DNA of 64,000 bases. It comes from Ruditapes philippinarum. Taxonomy: Eukaryota. The notes under the pieces are model-generated. The model ran no database searches. It was not told the origin of the DNA and worked only from the letters and a program-made list of their open reading frames with translations. Positions 1 through 14,394 of this stretch are shown here, piece by piece (the stretch's first letter is position 1; each line of letters opens with the position of its first letter). The stretch lies in NCBI RefSeq assembly GCF_026571515.1, contig NW_026851725.1, forward strand, positions 1 to 64,000, in the 5' to 3' direction. Position numbers and translations under genes: made by a program.

Positions 1-744
1 ATGCAAATTTTTCAGAACAAATGGTCGCAAATAAGAACAACAAGATTTTTAATAAAAAAAAGTTTAATTTAGACAAAAGTCACTGATAACTTAACACATA
101 TTGACATAGAAAACATACACAAATGTTAAAGAGTATACAAAGCCAGAAATTTTGTACATTTTCATATTAAAAACAAAAACTTTTTCTGAAAATATCAATT
201 TCAAGGCTCGGAATTTTTTATTCATTATGTATTAAAATTTAATTTTCGTGACAAATGACGTATTAAAATAAAACAATCTTTATTACAATAAGCACAGACA
301 AAACTAAAGAACAGTTAGACCAAAATAAAATATTATCTTTCAGTCAAATAATGAAGGTTCCCTTTTCAAGTCAATCTTTACAAGACCAATGTATAAAAAT
401 AAATTGTATGAATCATATTAAAAATTTGTTCCTCATGATTTTGGTCAGTAATAGCATGAAAAATGTATTTTAGGCAAGAATATTTTTAGGATAATGATTA
501 AGTCTTTTTACACAATGCTCACATATCATATAACATTGTCAAATGTAAATGTATTTTCCCAATTTTTTATTTATACATTTTATTTTAAAAGTGCACACAT
601 TTTTATATCAGTTACTAAACTTGCCCTGGAGCATGAGAATATTTATTATCTTAAATTCAAACATAATTACATGTTATTTTAATCTTTAACTTCACTTTTA
701 GCATTACAAGAAAAAAATCAGTTCGTCATATCACAGCTTTGACA

Positions 745-3700
745 TCAATATAGACTTGTTCACTAGCCAAAATTGTCCATGAATGGTTTTAACTAATTCA
801 TTGTTGCAAAGTTAATAAGTCCAAAAGTTATTGAGATAGGCAGCGCAGGTAAAAGCTTTCCTGAAGAATTGCTAGTAGCAAAAAAAGTGAAACATAAACC
901 CCTGAAAAAATATCAATAATGCCATATCAACATTGTAATAAAAGTATATGTATTCAAAATGATATAAAATATATGTTATTTACCTTTTTGCCTATATTAA
1001 TTCAAAATCTTATAGAAAATGGTTTCTAAAGTTACAAAAATATTGATTCCATAATGGTTGAAGTTTTTGTCCGAAGAAAACAACAACAACAAACAAACAA
1101 ACAATAAACATAATTTTGAATATTGTTTTTTTCCCAAAAATTCAAAACAAAAAATTCAGTGTAAACGAAAGCTTTCCAACCACACATCTGAAGAGTAAAA
1201 AATATTTCCAAAAATATTTGTTTTTCTTCTTTATAAGATTTTAAATTACACCACTGTAAGGTCATACAGTGACTGGGGGGGGGGGGGGGTCCCAGCTTTA
1301 CATTGGGAGGAGATCTCAGGTGGCCCTTGGTGCAATGTTTTTCAGGCACTCAAGTAAGAACCATGACCTTTGTAAGCTATTTACAATGCAATCCAACAAG
1401 TCCATGCAATGTCTGAAGCTTAACCTATGCACCTGGCTCTGTTTAAATGGTAGAGGAATAATTACAGATCTATGCCATCCAATAATATTAACACCATCCA
1501 GCATGTCCATGCATACCTGACCAAACTGGGTATAATGTACCATTGTATGTTCAATTTTTTAGTATTCTGATACGAAATCCTTTTCAATTTACTAATTCAA
1601 AGCAGGAAAGTCCATCTAACAAACATAGGTAAATGATTAATTACATCATAGCCCTGAACTATAACTGCTATAGACATGCTTCGAGCAGAACACCAATCTA
1701 GTTTTGCCCTTGAAATAGGTTTTTTCTTATTTCAATCTACACTATTTTGATACATAAAAAATGCGCAAGGTTTTTCTTTTTCAGGGTGAAAATTATTCTT
1801 ATTTAAGATTATTTCAAAAAAATGTTTTCTGTTAAAAAAAACTTCATAACAGAATCAATGTCTATAACATACAAAAATTGTTAACAGTTTGATGATTTTA
1901 ACATTCTTATCTTATCCTGACATACTTACTAGAAAAAAGCCACAAAAAAGCCAGTGTTGTGTTCCAGTCACCATATGATGATGCTTTACCAACAAGTACA
2001 CCATAGAATATAAAATCTCCAAACCCCAATTTTTTATACCTCCTGTAACAATGAAAATAAATCAAAATACTGTTCTTATCTAATATTTCAAAATAATAAC
2101 AAAAAAAAAAAGATTTTTCTATACTGACCAAAGTTCAAATACTAAAGAAATAATGAAACATAAGCTGACACTTAGTGACTATGGAAAGATATTAAATATG
2201 AAGTATATAAACTGTTAAATGAAAACATATTATTTAATAACAAAATATTATAGTCTCATGGGAAGATGCATTTTGACAAATCAATCTGTATCATCAAAGC
2301 CTTCATGGAACCTTCTTTAAATCTTCAGTAGATTTTTTTCACACCATTTATGGCACCAACATTTTAGTGTACCAAGTTACACAGTGAACAACAAGCAAGT
2401 AAATTTCTAAAAAAAGCTAAATCATTTTGGGCAGTGTCCTAGTATGGCCTCAAAAGCTTGGATCTCTGGAACATGTAATTCAGAACATAGGTCCTACACC
2501 AGGACCACTGCTCCGAAGATAAGCATAATTTTTAACTGATATGAATATGTAATGAACATTTGCCTGGCTAAGTAAAGAGTCTCTGGATTGTCAAACCTGT
2601 CTGCTAACAACTATACCACGCACAGCCCCTAAGCTCTTTTTTGTGCTAACTGGCTTTGAAAATTTTATGTCATGCTATCTTATATTGTGACATCAAACTT
2701 TATTACCCATTTATGAACTTCTTTTTAACACTGTTTCGGCAATTCAAGTCACATGTACAATCATTTTATAATGGCAAAATTCATTATTTAAAGTCTACTG
2801 ATCAAGAGTTGTTTAAAAGTGGAAGGGAAGAAAAGAAATAAGACGAGGTTTTAACATTATATCATTGTACTTACTCTCTTCTTGTTCTTCATCATTATCT
2901 GTTGGACCATTTGTCTGGTTTTCTGATTTTCCTGCCCCGAAGTCTTTGTCTTGTTCCCATCCCAGTTACTGGAGCATTTAGGCGACCTTGCCTGGTGGAG
3001 TCTAGCTAGCGCAGAACATGTTACCTAGTCCTTGTTCTGGGAAATTCTGTTAGCGTTGGTAAACCCAGCGTCATCACTATTGAACCACCATATTGTTGGT
3101 AGCATTTGAAATTCTCAATACAGCTGTAAAATGTATACAAAGAATATAGTGCCAAAAATGTTTTCAGAAACTTAAAAACCCTCTAGCTGGAATAAATTCA
3201 AAAATATAGTCACAACAAAAGCTTGTGTATAAGACAAATGAATATAAAAATAATGAAAATTGTCTAAGAATTCTTCATCAATCGATAAAGTAAAGGGTGT
3301 AAAAAACTATAACTGGAAAAAAGTAACTATACAATTTATCTAAACAGCACAAATCCCATATTGGTTTCCAAAACTTGAAGTCCCTTTCTGAAGTGAAATT
3401 ATTGAATAAGTCTCTGTTATTTTACACAAGCAAATTTTCTCCAATATTCAACCACAATTTTAGTATGTTAAGCAATGATTTTACTAAACTCCACCCACTC
3501 AGAAAAATAAACAAACATTATTTTTACAATTTAGGTCCCTTGGCATGATTTTTTTTATACATTCTACCAAATTCAGAAAACTCAATGCAGCCGGAGACAT
3601 TCAGGATTAATTTCAATGCCTTTTGAGAAATACAGCAAGTCAAAGATTTTCAAAACTTATCAATAACTTTTTTTTTGGAACTGATGAATATATGCCTCAA

Positions 3701-6700
3701 AACGTTAACTATTGACATGATTTTATTAAAATAAAATTCATTTACAATAGACAAACTAGTTACCTGATTAATTTATCAGAAAAACAACAGAAGGCTAAAT
3801 GAGATTATCAGCAGTAATGAAGCAGAAATACCCAGAGTGATGATTATCACATAAATACTCGCGTATAATGATCATACCTTTTTAGAGCTATTCAATACAT
3901 GTATTTAATTCAAAAGTTGGACACTTTGAAAATTTACAGTAGGTTTTGAGCAAGACGCCTACATTAATACTGTACTGGAAAGTTTGATGTAAAATGGTAG
4001 ATGGGATACAACAGTATCAAAGAAGATTGATTCAATAAATAAAGAATAAGATGATAAACAGTGATTATAAAAGAAGGGTATCCACTTTTTCACAGTCTTT
4101 ATCACTTTACGATTTTATAGCAAAAGTTGTTTTTCCTGTCTAAATTGTTACTAAATTAATTACATTGTATCAGGTTTAACCATTATATTATGATGAGAAG
4201 TAACTTCAATTTATGCTCAACAAGTTTTAATCTTTTATCATACCATTAAAGTGTATACTGCACTTGATGTGTAGAGACTTTTTTTTAAATTTCTAACAAT
4301 GACTTTCAACTAAGAGATAAAATAGGGAAGAGCCCCACGAAATGTTGTAAAAAACTCTTAGCCCAACCCTTTAGAATATTGTGTACATGTATTTATGTTG
4401 ATGTAAATAATTTGATGGTATATTTATATATGCAATAAAATATTATTAAAAACTAAATAAATAGGAATTTTCGGCCAAAGAAACCCCAAAAACATGTAGT
4501 ATTAAGTTTCAATAGTTGTGTGGTATTTTTTAGATGATATGTAATGAAAACTAAAACTAAGTATATTTAGATGCTTTGTCATAAATATGTCCATTTCCCC
4601 CTTATATAACCCTTGACAGAAACTCATATTTTATTAGTTATACAGTTTTTTTGATGGATTATATGGTTCTATGTATATGAATAACCCAAGCTACTAGGAG
4701 AGGGTTATATTGCAAACAATCCCCCTTTTAATATACAACATATAACCTGTCAGAATCTTTTTATGACGAATTTATAATACAGCAAATTTCTTTTTCAGGG
4801 CAAAAGGATTTCTTAATAAACTGACAGCAGCTGTGTCTATAAAACTGTATAAACATCAAAAAATGAAAAGCCACATTACAAAAATATGCGGTATTATATC
4901 GTGGTAAATATCAATATTGTCACGTCAGTTCTTACATCATATCCTCTGAGATCCTCTTCTGTACCTTCTTCTTCTTTTTCTTAGCTTCATCATTGAGGAT
5001 ATCCGAGTCAGCACCAAGTCGTCACCTGCCACAGTGGATTGTTGCTGTATAGAAATTAATATATAATTATATACACTTGAAATGTGTCTGAAAGACATGA
5101 CTGCCCCCATTATATGTTAGGAAACATCAAATACCATTATATTGTTAAGGAAAACAAATAAATAACAGAATAAAGATTATAATTACAGAATAATTGGTAA
5201 ATGTATATCATAACATTTTTGCCCTAAAGACCTTTTAAAAAAAGAACAGATGGATGTTGAAAAAACAGTCATGTATTTCAATATTCAACAAGGCCAAAGC
5301 TAGGGTGGCTGGGCCAAAATTTTTCCAGTTAAGTATGTACTGGAGGCCAAAATGGAAAAATAAAGTTAAATAGGTTTTTACTTATAAAATATTCTAAATA
5401 CACTTTTTTGATCTATCTAAATCTTATAAAGCTTGCAGTTCCAGAGTTTTAATAATAAGGTAAATATTTTTCTTATTATAAAAATCTGAATATTGCCTGT
5501 AATTATTTACTTTCTTTCCTGTCCCGGTACTTACATGAATAAATAAGAGCTGGGAAATATGGGCTCCCTTCTTTCTTGTGCTGTCTCCACTAACATTCTT
5601 AATGGTCCATTTGGGCAAAGTACCTGCTACTAAATCTGTCAAATATAATTTCATCAACTTATCATAACTGTTTACCATACGTAATAGTTAATTTTATTTT
5701 AAACTTTAAACCTGGCTTGAACCAAGTGATAAGCCTTTACCACCAATACAGAGCAAGGCCAGTTTTCTAACACAGACCAGGCTCTTTTACTATATGGTAA
5801 ATCAATTTTTTTTCATTATAATATTGAAATCCATTAAAAATTTCAAAGGGCTGTTCCCCAAATTCAAAGCAGGGCAAATCCATTACAACAAATTCAGCAT
5901 GAAGAGTTAAACGTAATGCCTAACAATAATGCATTAAATGATGTTGATTGGTGAAATAAAATGCTTTTTCATTTCTATTTCCATTTAACGCGTTTTACTG
6001 AATGCATATCAAATAACATTTCATCACTTAAGTGCAATTACAACTCCTATCAAATTTTAGATGGACTTTACCTGTTCCTGCACTAAGGTTACAAATTTGC
6101 CTTAACCTAAAAGCCCCAGCAAAACTAATGAGCTTTAAATAATTAATTTTAAAATTACTTTTAAAAAAAGTTAATTATTCTTAAAAAATTACATATGTGC
6201 CAGTAAGTTACACTTTAAAGAAATATCAAAAGACACATTTAGGGCTGACCCATGAAAAGAAAATAAACAAGCGTTTAATTTGTTTACATGTAAATACTTA
6301 CCCCATATCACCATGACACCTAGGACAACCCAGAGAGTCCAGTCTGGGAGATACTTGATGAAAACAAGGGACATAAAGTGCACAAATTGTAATAAGATAT
6401 CCCTGTTGTAAGAGTAGTGGCCCCTTCCAATGTATACACATCATTTCCCAGCACCACCAAAGTTCCACATGAAGTAAAGCAACACTGATGTAGTCCATAG
6501 GTACATTATACGCCTGCAGTATTACTCTGAAGAAACACGTAGAAACAGAAAAATAGCAAGTTTTTGTATATTTATATTCTTGCATATAAGAGTTATCTCC
6601 TGTTTACTCTGGTACTAGAAAAAAAAACTCATGTAAAAACAAGTGATGTCAGGTCAAAAATATATGCACATCCATGCCATGCCATTTTTACAGAGTGTCA

Positions 6701-9700
6701 AAAATGGCAAGGGAAATGTGGTAAAAAAACATTTAAAATTGTATTTTAAAGAAATTTTGACTTAAGTTCCATAACAACAACGTAAAATTTAAACCCTTAT
6801 TATAAAACTAGACTTACCCCAGGTAAGAGATATGCAAACAAGAATAGAAAGTAGGAGAGATGATAAGATCAACCAGAGCCATGTATCACCTACATCAAAA
6901 ATAAATAAGCCCGTCTTATTAATGAAATTTTAGAGTAAATAATGGAAAGTATCATACAAGTATCTGTAAAACACCATTTGAACAAATCTGTAAAGCATAA
7001 ATCAAACTAAACTTATAATAAGATAAATGTACTAGCATGCTTTATTACAATTAAGTTATAGATGAACATAAAGCTGTGAGTAATTGCTTGTCAAATTATT
7101 GTCTACTTATTAAACCTTATGCTCATTCATGAATAAGGTGGATGAAAAATTGTAAGAAAAATTTTTTTTAAAACATTTTAAAAATATATTTAAAATTAAG
7201 AAATTTGGCTTTTGTTTTTGTTATTTGGAATATAAGCTGCAAAAAACACTAAATTAAAAAAGTGGCAATTTTTTAAGTTTTCCGGTAGAGAATCTTCAAA
7301 CCCCTAGGAAACCCAAAGTTTAAAATATGGCATTGGCAACAGACTGCCCTACTTTAGTGCCTGTATCTGATTGGGTTTTTCGCATCAGGGAAAGGGTATA
7401 GATACTGAAATAATAAGAAATGACCATGCCCTATAATTAATTATATCTGCATCAGGAATGGTGTATAGATACTGAAAAATATAGAAAATGACAATCCCTA
7501 TAATACTATTATCTGCATCATGGAATGGGGTATAGATACCCGGGAAAAATATTAAAAACAGACAATGCCCCTTAAAATTACTATTATTCGGTTAAAAGGG
7601 AGGTAATAATAATTCTGATATAATTTTTTGCTAGAGTGTTAAACCTTGTCACATATGATGTGGTTGATGACGAAGCAACTTATATTTAAAGTTTGAAGAA
7701 AATACCCTTAAGAAATAAAGAACTTAATAGTGAAAAAACTTAAAAACTAGAATCAGAAATCTTGAAATTCAGTATATTTGTTGCCAATAGCAACCAGAAT
7801 TTTTCAACATAGGAAGATAAAAAAAAGGATGTGCATAATTTCCATTACTGCCATCTACCCATATGTCAAGTTTCATAAAACATATTTCAGTACTTTTCGT
7901 GTTATCACTGGATCCAGGTTTTGTGTAAAATTTGCCATATTTTTCAGACTATTTGTTGCCATAAGCAAACCAGAATTTTCAACATAGGAAGAAAAGAAAA
8001 AGACGTGCATAATCTCCATACTGCCATCTATCCATATATCAAGTTTCATAAAAATATTTTCAGTACTTTTTGCGTTATCGCGGGATCCAGGTTATGTGTA
8101 AAATTTGCCATATTTTCAGTCTATTTGTTGCCATAGCAACCAGAATTTTCAACATAGGAAGAAAAGAAAAAGACGTGCATAATCTCCATACTGTCATCTA
8201 TCCATATATCAAGTTTCATTAAAATATTTTCAGTACTTTTTGCGTTATCGCGGGATCCAGTTTTGTGGACGGACGGACTGACGGACGGACAGACGGAAGG
8301 ACTGACGGACAGACGGACGGAGGGTAAACCTAAAGTCCCCTCCGGTAAACCGGTAGGGGACTAACAAGCAGGGTCAAAATGGACGGAAACTTGAACCTAC
8401 CTTATAACATCTGAATTTATATAAGAGTAGTAGTATCATAGTCATCACTATGACAACGCCCAGTAAAATCATGGCATTGGCAACAGACTGCCATACTTTA
8501 GTGCCTGTATCTGCATCTGGTTTATCTGCATCATTGGAATGGTGTATAGATACTGAAATAATATAGAACATGACCATGCCCTATAATTACTATTATATCT
8601 GCATCATGGAATGGTGTATAGATACTGAAAATAATATAGAACATGACAATGCCCCTATAATTACTATGGTATATTCTCTGCATCATGGAATGGTGTATAG
8701 ATACTGGAAAAATATATATAGAACATGACAATGCCCCTATAATTACTATTATATCTGCAATCATGGAATGGTGTATAGATACTGAAATAATATAGAACAT
8801 GACAATGCCCCTATAATTACTATCATATCTGCATCATGGAATGGTGTATAGATACTGAAATAATATAGAACATGACAATGCCCCTATAATTACTATTATA
8901 TCTGCATCATGGAATGGTGTATAGATACTGAAATAATATAGAACATGACAATGCCCCTATAAATTACTATATATATCTGCATCATGGAATGGTGTATAGA
9001 TACTGAAATAATATAGAACATGACAATGCCCCTATAATTACTATTATATTCTGCATCATGGAATGGTGTATAGATACTGGAAAAATATATAGAACATGAC
9101 AAATGCCCCCATAAATTACTATTATATCTGCATCATGGAATGGTGTATAGATACTGGAATAATATAGAACATGACAATGCCCCTATAATTACTATCATAT
9201 CTGCATCATGGAATGGTGTATAGATACTGAAATAATATAGAACATGACAATGCCCCTATATTTACTATTATAATCTGCATCATGGAATGGTGTATAGATA
9301 CTGAATAATATAGAAACACGACAATGCCCTATAATTACTATTATATCTGCATCATGGAATGGTGTATAGATACTGAAATAATATAGAACATGACAATGCC
9401 CCTATATTTACTATTATATCTGCATCATGGAATGGTGTATAGATACTGAAATAATATAGAACATGACAATGCCCCTATAATTACTTTTGCAACAGTCATG
9501 CAACTTACCAAAACATTATTGAAACATAAGAATATCTACAGAAAATGCATAACTAAGAAATGTAATTAGATAGTAAATTTAGTATTCCAAGTTTGAAATG
9601 AATATCTTTGATTGTTTGTTTGTTTGTTCGTTTCATTTTACGCCTTTTTCCAACAGTATTTCAGTCATATAGGCGGGTAGTTTCCTAACCATCATTCCTG

Positions 9701-11667
9701 GAGAGTTACACCAGTACTAGACTACCTACCTCCTCGCTAAACTACCAAAGCATCTCCCGGGGATCGAACCCATGCCAGAGAGGTAACTGGATTAGATGTC
9801 ATCGACTCTAACCCCTCGACCACGGAGGCGGTGAATATCTTTGATACTTTTGGAGAAATGAACTAAAGTTTGTTTTGGTTGGTTTTACAGCACACAGACA
9901 CAATTTAGGTGATGTGGTGCTAAAACACGAATGATGATTTTGGCTAACCCTGGGTGTTACAAACTTAAAGCAACATCAGAGGTCAAAAACCATCTCATCT
10001 GCTGGAATTAGGAGATGCCACAGACTCCAGTTATTCAAATCCATATAGTACCTCTTACAATCACACAGGGATAAAACGATGGCTGCAATTCTGATGCCTC
10101 AACCCTTAGAGGCACACCCCTCAGCCACTAGGGGAAGTACTGTTTTCTTGAATTCTTTAACATCAATCAAGAATTTATTTCATCAAAATATAATTTTTTG
10201 GTTTTGTATTTTTAAGTCAAAATGAACATTACCAAAGACAAGAGTCATAATTATTGTGATTATACTAGGCTACTAGCTTTAACTGGCTCTATCTTTGAAA
10301 ACTGGTTCCAGGTTCCATTTTTAAACTGGTTGATTGAGACCAAAGATGCCCATGTATGCTTTATTCCAAACATGGACGGGCAAAGAAAAACTACTCTTGC
10401 CTTATAAATACATCTTTATAAAATATTGTTTGTGGTTAAGTTTTTTTTAAGTTTTCTTTTGTATATTTTTGTGGCAAGTTTTTTTGGGTTTTTTTTAGAT
10501 CACATTAACAGTTCAGTTAATAAGGACACTTATTTTTCTTTATTTCAGTATAAAACATGTACGAGATCTTTTTGACCCGAGATATCTCCGTCAATATAGA
10601 TCATGGGGTACTATACATTTTTTAAATAATACACTAGTTTATCATTTCAGGAGTTAAGCATTTTATATTACTTTATTTATTTTTAAGGCTTAAAAGGCGT
10701 TTATTTTAAACATTTTATTTAACTAGAGATTTTTCTTCACAATTTGTTTATCTTATACACTTACAGATATGCCCCATTTTTCTGTGTATAAAAATGAGAC
10801 AGAGCTGATGGTTGCCACAAACAACTATCATACACAATGTTACAGGTACAAACAACATGATCAACATGTTTTGCCCCATATTGTAACGTTTCCTCTTCTT
10901 CCTCAACAGCCGCCTCTGACTCGCTCCTCTGCTGACGTTCACAGTGACGCTCTCTCCTGGGCATGACGATTGATCGGGAAGTGTTTTCTACCTGTACAAA
11001 CAAAAACAAAATATATTTCAAACCAAGATCAACAATTCTTGCCAATCATCATTTTCTTGCCATGATACAAATTTATATAAAAATCCAAATCCATTTAAGC
11101 ATAAAACCGTCCTGTATTTCTCTTGTAGGCCATGTAAAGGAATGTGAAGGCTGGTAGTTAAAGTGTTTGCTTCTCAACATAATTATGTCTAAGCACTACT
11201 AGGGTCACAACCTTTCTCTTCATAAGACATTCATGATAATTAATATCAGTAGACTCAAAATTGGTTCAAATAAACAGTAGCTGAAATTTTTTTTGAAAAT
11301 GAAAGCTTAAAACTAATTACACTTGGAATGCTGCTTGTACTCTTTCATAACTACTTTCCAAAGTACAGTGCATTTTTATTATATTTATCATATAATTATT
11401 TGATATTAACTTGACATTAATCTTTTCAATCCTTTTCATCATGAACATGAAAACTAATAATATTAAATTGATGGCCTATTATAAAGTTCAGTATAAATAT
11501 ATAAAACAAAATGAATTAAATTAAATGATATACCACAAATTTCATGTTTAACAAGTAAGCTTACAGAAAGATCTCCATTTTCCTCTAATTTGGCATGTGT
11601 TACTTGTCCAGCCATTAGTCGAGTAGACTCGTTTGGTTCTTCTTCGTCACTTTGTAATTTCACTCAT
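745..11667 (-). CDS. PSEN: Presenilin (gamma-secretase catalytic subunit), about 10 coding exons, with many 1-nt indels in this assembly
   Basis: GT-AG exons at 11565-11667 ([17 protein letters not shown]), 10765-10991 ([22 protein letters not shown]), 8401-8552 ([29 protein letters not shown]), 6818-6889 (VIHGWLILSSL), 6302-6526 ([24 protein letters not shown]), 5535-5635 ([15 protein letters not shown]), 4936-5044 and 2875-3123 (loop), 1930-2042 ([24 protein letters not shown]), 745-901 ([22 protein letters not shown]). Both catalytic Asp motifs and PAL are present. Peptides are given after correcting indels by eye. Confidence 0.95.
7600..8366. mobile_element. Non-autonomous Helentron/HINE (pearl-like) element in a presenilin intron
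   Basis: About three tandem copies of a ~172-bp unit (7775-8265), a (GACG/GACA)n microsatellite at 8267-8320 and a terminal hairpin AGTCCCC-TCCGGTAAACCGGTA-GGGGACT at 8334-8362. The left end is approximate. Confidence 0.7.
8524..9484 (-). repeat. 73-bp minisatellite, 13 copies; each unit is intron end + splice acceptor + first ~28 nt of a presenilin exon
   Basis: Minus-strand unit ataatagtaattataggggcattgtcatgttctatattatttcag|TATCTATACACCATTCCATGATGCAGAT. Period 73 (TCATGGAATG at 8761, 8834, 8907). Confidence 0.95.
9613..9831 (-). mobile_element. Full-length tRNA-derived SINE
   Basis: A box TGGTCGAGGGG, B box GGTTCGATCCCC, (CAAA)n tail, 14-bp TSD TGAATATCTTTGAT at 9599-9612 and 9832-9845. 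A second copy lies at 28865. Confidence 0.9.
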
Positions 11668-12149
11668 GAAGAAATGCACATCAATGCATTAGTTTGACCT
11701 GTGTTACTGCAAAAAAAGTTTTGCAGAAATTATGACCATACTTTGTAGAGTACACTTACCATTTTGTCAAGAATTACATACTGCACCTTGGCATATCATT
11801 TTTTCTGAGTCAATCATGATGGGAGGAGTTTATATTCTAATGAAGTGGGCATGGAATGTTGTTATGTTTAGGTAAATTATAAATGTGTAGTTTTCAATAC
11901 ATGTATTTGATATTCATTTGTGGAAAGAAATCAACTACATGTATGTGTATTTTGTAAACTATATATATAAAACTATAATGGAAAAAAAAATTTAAACAGC
12001 TATGCCTTTGTTTTCAATCTTATTTATTGTTAAGATGATGCAACTATATTAAATTATTCTATTATATTATACACAATAATTACGATGAATTGAGTAAGAG
12101 TCAATGTACTTATAATTTGTATATTTATAAGGAAAGAACTTCATATATT

Positions 12150-13620
12150 TACGGTGGCATAAAAGTGACATTTGCAAATGTTTTTTTATTTGTTTTTGAA
12201 ACTTTTTTTTATTTGTTTTTCGCACATTTTTTTTTTTTTTTTTTTTTTTTTGAAATCTTTTTTTTTTTTTTGTTTTTTTGAAAATTTTTTATTTTTTTTG
12301 TTTTTGGAACTTTTTTTTTGTTTTCGCACATCTTTTATTTTTTTTTTTTTGAAACTTTTTTTTTAGTTTTTGTGTAACATATTTTATTTTAGTTTTTCGT
12401 ACATATTTTTTAGCCAATCAAAACAGATACACCTTATAGAAATAGTTTATCTTCCCATAGTATAAATTACGCCATTTCCTTGTTCAAAAATGGATGACAC
12501 ACATAGTTATTTCCCTTAGTATGAAATAAGCCGTTTATGTACCTCGGTATACACGATGGGGTCTCAAATCGAGGAATTTCTACGAAAGCGAGGGGTAGAC
12601 TTTTCAACACTGGCACGAATGGCCACGGATAAGGTAACTTGGATTTTTTTTTTTTTGGTTTTACGTCACACCGACACAGTATAGGTCATTCGGCGACGTT
12701 CCAGCGAAGACCTCAGGTGCCCTTCCATGCATTATTTCAGGCACAACCGTGGACAGCCGTACCGGTATATATATGCTTTTATATATCAGTACTATCTATA
12801 CAAAATTTAAATAATAAGATTGTTTACAAAATTCGATTTATGCACTTTTAAGTCACAAACTGAGTAGCTGCCTTTAATCACTATGTGTGGCTCAACGGTT
12901 TAGATTTACCAAAATTACTATATATAATTAAAATTATCTATAATAATATATGCCTCGGAACAAGTTACCTTGCCCGTTTGTGCCTGAAATAATGCTCGGA
13001 AGGGCACCTGAGGTCTTCGCTGGAACGTCGCCGAATGACCTATACTGTGTCGGTGTGACGTAAAACCAAAAAAAAAAAAAAAATCCAAGTTACCTTATCC
13101 GTGGCTATTCGTGCCAGTGTTGAAGAGTCTACCCCTCGCTTTCGTAGAAATTCCTCCATTTGAGACCCCATCGTGTATACCGAGGTATATTAACGGCTTA
13201 TTTCATACTAAGGGAAGTAACTTTGTGTGTTATCCATTTTTGAACAAGGAAATGGCGTAATTTATACTATGGGAGATAACTTTTTCTATAAGGTGTAACT
13301 GTTTTGATAGGCTTAAAAATATGTACGAAAAACTAAAATAAAATATGTACACCAAAACTAAAAAAAAAAAGTTTCAAAAAAACAAAAAAATAAAAAATGT
13401 GCGAAAAAAAAAAAAAAAAAAAAATTTACAAAAACAAAAAAAAAAAAAAAAAAAATGTGCAAAAAAAAACAAAAAAAAAAAAAGATTCAAAAACAAAAAA
13501 AAATTAAAAAATGTGCGAAAAACAAAAAAAATAATAAAAAATTTGCGAAAAACAAATAAAAAAAAGTTTCGAAAACAAAAAAAATAAAAAATTTGCAAAT
13601 GTCACTTTTATGCCACCGTA
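12150..13620. mobile_element. Non-autonomous foldback DNA transposon with IS3EU-type ends
   Basis: Ends TACGGTGGCATAAAAGTGACATTTGCAAAT and its reverse complement, ~600-bp inverted arms around a ~220-bp spacer, 6-bp TSD TATATT at 12144-12149 and 13621-13626. TAY..RTA termini with a 6-bp TSD are the IS3EU signature. Confidence 0.85.
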
Positions 13621-14394
13621 TATATTACAATTACTTCATGTTGTATCTTTACTACAGATATATTTAAGTACACATGTCCATAAATGATAAAGGTGATGAT
13701 TATTAAACTTTCTGAAGACATTATCTGGTGTTTTCTTTTTACGACTTCATTCTATTTTTTATCTTGATCATTATTTATAATTTTTCTTGAAAAGGAAAAG
13801 TTTATGAAGAAAAGTGAAAAATATAATGCTTAAAAAACGACAACTGGGTTGACCAGAGACAGACTGACTTGGAGCTGGACTGACTAATTTGGGGAAGGGT
13901 TGACCTGGCGCCGCCGAGAAGACTTGCACTCAGTACACATTAATATGGAAAGCAGTCTTGCTCGCTTAAGTTAGCCGTTCTCCAAAATCCCTGCTGCGGA
14001 TAAGGCACATGGCAGGTCAAAGTTAAGTCATTTCAAATACCAGAGATGATTGGTTGATCTGTTGTGACTATCTCGGGAGGAACTTGGTCCTGCAAAGCGT
14101 TATTTTGAAAGAAAATTAGAAATGCTTGAATGTTGTTGTTGTCACCTCCTGTTAACTTGATGTCTTGCAGACCCTGGGGTCTAAACCAAAATTATATAAA
14201 AAGGTTCATTCCCTTTTCTTTATATTAGACATACAAGTTTTACCTCTGAATTACACAATGGGGTCTAATCCAGGAGATTGCCAATTATACAATGATATTT
14301 AATCTTCTTTTTTTTAAGGTAGATCTAGAATTTCATTCTTTTTTAAACAGAAAAATAAATACAGAAATTGAAATTCAATTATAAAAAAAGTTAC

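Noticed and set aside
8524-9484. CRISPR-like appearance of the regular arrays (also 24324-24605, 34427-34805, 49808-50087)
   Set aside because: Units are contiguous with no unique spacers, there are no cas genes, and the context is eukaryotic.
12090-13598. Poly-Phe and poly-Lys ORFs
   Set aside because: Translations of the T- and A-rich subterminal tracts of the foldback element.
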